Assembly: GCA_964187785.1 (NCBI GenBank)
Contig: OZ076421.1
Location: forward strand, 50,096,001 to 50,160,000
Direction of reading: 5' to 3'
DNA from: Amphiscolops sp. MND2022
Taxonomy: Eukaryota
Length of the DNA stretch: 64,000 nt
A model generated the notes under the pieces. That model made no database searches. It worked only from the letters and a program-made list of their open reading frames with translations, and was not told the origin of the DNA. A program made the translations under genes and the position numbers. Shown here one piece after another: positions 61,501 through 64,000 of this stretch; positions within the stretch are counted from its first letter, which is position 1, and each line of letters starts with the position of its first letter.

Positions 61501-64000
61501 AAGCTGTCCATTACGTCGACTCCAGTGAGATATTTTACAGATAAAACTACCAAATCTCATCAATTTTATTCCTTCAGGAGGAATACCACAAGTCCAATTC
61601 GTCGCCATCCGCGAAAAATAAGGAAGTCAGTTACAACTATAATGGACTTGACCTCACTTGGAGGACAATTGGGTACTTTCAAGCAACCAACTTCGACTCC
61701 ATTTCCAATTTTATTTATATTTCTGGTCGTTGAAGCATGTATTGTTTCGAACAAGAACAAGAAAGTCAAAATCCTCGTGGCTTCAGAAGAGTAAATTCAA
61801 ACGAAGAGAAGTATAAAACTTGGAGAATACAGCTATTGGGTTCAGTTGAAATCTCGATGCGGCTTTGCAAATAATTGCGTTTTTTTCTAGAACTAGTGAC
61901 GAAGACTGTGAACACCTACCACCTCCGAATGTGGTACCAACAGTCCTGGAAGCAAAGTAAAAACCTTTAATATTCCAAGTGAACAAAAAATTAGAAGGTG
62001 CAGTTCCTCATGCGTTCTGCGTTCCAGCAAACGAAAGCGAATTACGAGGAAAAAAGAAAACTATCAAAACTTTATTGGAAACCAAGTCAAGAAAAATTGA
62101 ATACCGAAATGGTAAAAACTGTATTTTTAGATTAGACGCAGTCCAAGGCATTTCAAAGCAGAAATACAACCGCAGACTGAGAGTGAGTATCTCATTCAAA
62201 AGTGATGTGTCAAAAACTTAACAGTTTTGTTTTTGGTAAGTTATATAATTTGTACTAAAACAATTTTTCAGCTCGGAAATCAGTACTTGTTCACCGATAT
62301 TGAAACGATGTTCATCGACGCCGAGAACGAAGAAAATGCTGGTCTAGCGCGCTACATGAACAATGACCATCGAAAACCAAATGCCAAAGCTGTCCATTAC
62401 GTCGACTCCAGTGAGATATTTTACAGATAAAACTACCAAATCTCATCAATTTTATTCCTTCAGGAGGAATACCACAAGTCCAATTCGTCGCCATCCGCGA
62501 AAAATAAGGAAGTCAGTTACGACTATAATGGACTTGACCTCACTTGGAGGACAATTGGGTACTTTCAAGCAACCAACTTCGACGCCATTTCCAAATTTAT
62601 TTATATTTCTGGTCGTTGAAGCATGTATTGTTTCGAACAAGAACAAGAAAGTCAAAATCCTCGTGGCTTCAGAAGAGTAAATTCAAACGAAGAGAAGTAT
62701 AAAACTTGGAGAATACAGCTATTGGGTTCAGTTGAAATCTCGATGCGGCTTTGCAAATAATTGCGTTTTTTTCTAGAACTAGTGACGAAGACTGTGAACA
62801 CCTACCACCTCCGAATGTGGTACCAACAGTCCTGGAAGCAAAGTAAAAACCTTTAATATTCCAAGTGAACAAAAAATTAGAAGGTGCAGTTCCTCATGCG
62901 TTCTGCGTTCCAGCAAACGAAAGCGAATTACGAGGAAAAAAGAAAACTATCAAAACTTTATTGGAAACCAAGTCAAGAAAAATTGAATACCGAAATGGTA
63001 AAAACTGTATTTTTAGATTAGATGCAGTCCAAGGCATTTCAAAGCAGAAATACAACCGCAGACTGAGAGTGAGTATCTCATTCAAAAGTGATGTGTCAAA
63101 AACTTAGCAGTTTTGTTTTTGGTAAGTTATATACTTTGTACTAAAACAATTTTTCAGCTCGGAAATCAGTACTTGTTCACCGATATTAAAACGATGTTCA
63201 TCGACGCCGAGAACGAAGAAACTGCTGGTCTAGCGTGATCTAGGTGATCAGGTCTAGTATCTCATTCAAAAGTGATGTGTCAAAAACTTAGCAGTTTTGT
63301 TTTTGGTAAGTTATATACTTTGTACTAAAACAATTTTTCAGCTCGGAAATCAGTACTTGTTCACCGATATTAAAACGATGTTCATCGACGCCGAGAACGA
63401 AGAAACTGCTGGTCTAGCGCGATACATGAACAATGACCATCGAAAACCAAATGCCAAAGCTGTCAATTACGTCGACTCCAGTGAGATATTTTACAGAAAA
63501 AACTACCAAATCTCATCAATTTTTTTTCCTTCAGGAGGAATACTACAAGTCCAATTCGTCGCCATCCGCGAAAGATGAGGAAGTCAGTTACGACTATAAT
63601 GGACTTGACCTCACTTGGAGGACAATTGGGTACTTTCAATCAACCAACTTCGACTCCATTTCCAAATTTATTTATATTTCTGGTCGTTGAAGCATGTATT
63701 GTTTCGAACAGGAACAAGAAAGTCAAAATCCTCGTGGCTTCAGAAGAGTAAATTCAAACGAACAAGAGAAGTATAAAACTTGGAGAATACAGCTATTGGG
63801 TTCCGTTGAAATCTCGATGCGGCTTTGCAAATAATTGCGTTTTTTTCTAGAACTAGTGACGAAGACTGTGAACACCTACCACCTCCGAATGTGGTACCAA
63901 CAGTCCTGGAAGCAAAGTAAAAACCTTTAAAATATTCCAAGTGAACAAAAAGTTAGAAGGTGCAGTTCCTCATGCGTTCTGCGTTTCAGCAAACGAAAGC
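46153..64000. repeat. ~890-bp tandem array derived from SET-gene exons and introns (about 20 copies, runs off the window)
   Basis: The marker gtttttggtaagtta recurs from ~46237 to ~63297 with periods of 878-894 bp. Confidence 0.97.

Noticed and set aside
28539-64000. Dozens of recurring 60-150 aa ORFs in the track (MISFYSVQ..., MNKKLEGAV..., MFLVSYIL..., MLKRRTHEE...) as a multigene family
   Set aside because: They are frames through satellite units, they read across splice sites, and they gain or lose stops freely between copies. Only the spliced SET segments have domain similarity.

Overview
AT-rich animal genomic DNA with short spliceosomal introns (a compact-genome invertebrate; the species cannot be assigned from this window). 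No ordinary host gene is recognisable. From left to right the window holds: (1) 1-5.4 kb, transposon debris (piggyBac-like and hAT relics, a tRNA-like relic, small repeats). (2) 6.4-28.0 kb, a ~835-bp tandem array whose unit carries a frameshifted histone H3-like gene fragment. (3) Inserted into that array at 11126-23048, an 11.9-kb element with 29-bp terminal inverted repeats (CATTA...TAATG), a 2-bp target-site duplication and CACTA-style subterminal palindromes. It has no recognisable transposase. It carries two divergent chromatin-enzyme genes: a possibly intact ~629-aa protein with a degenerate tyrosine-recombinase-like region plus a SET8/PR-Set7-like SET domain, and a damaged zinc-finger/JmjC (KDM2/KDM7-like) gene. 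These genes are bracketed by 206-bp direct repeats. (4) A 5'-truncated Penelope-like GIY-YIG insertion with a 9-bp TSD and a hammerhead-like motif (27.3-27.8 kb). (5) 28.5-44.6 kb, a 1.34/1.93-kb tandem array; ten of its eleven units carry a tRNA-His-like Pol III cassette. (6) 46.2 kb to the window end, a ~890-bp array of about 20 copies made from the exons and introns of a second SET gene, all sharing one frameshift and showing higher-order repeat structure. The strongest candidate for a new system is a TIR-bounded mobile element carrying a histone methyl writer/eraser pair, set among satellites built from chromatin-gene fragments. All family assignments come from motif recognition by eye; no searches were run.
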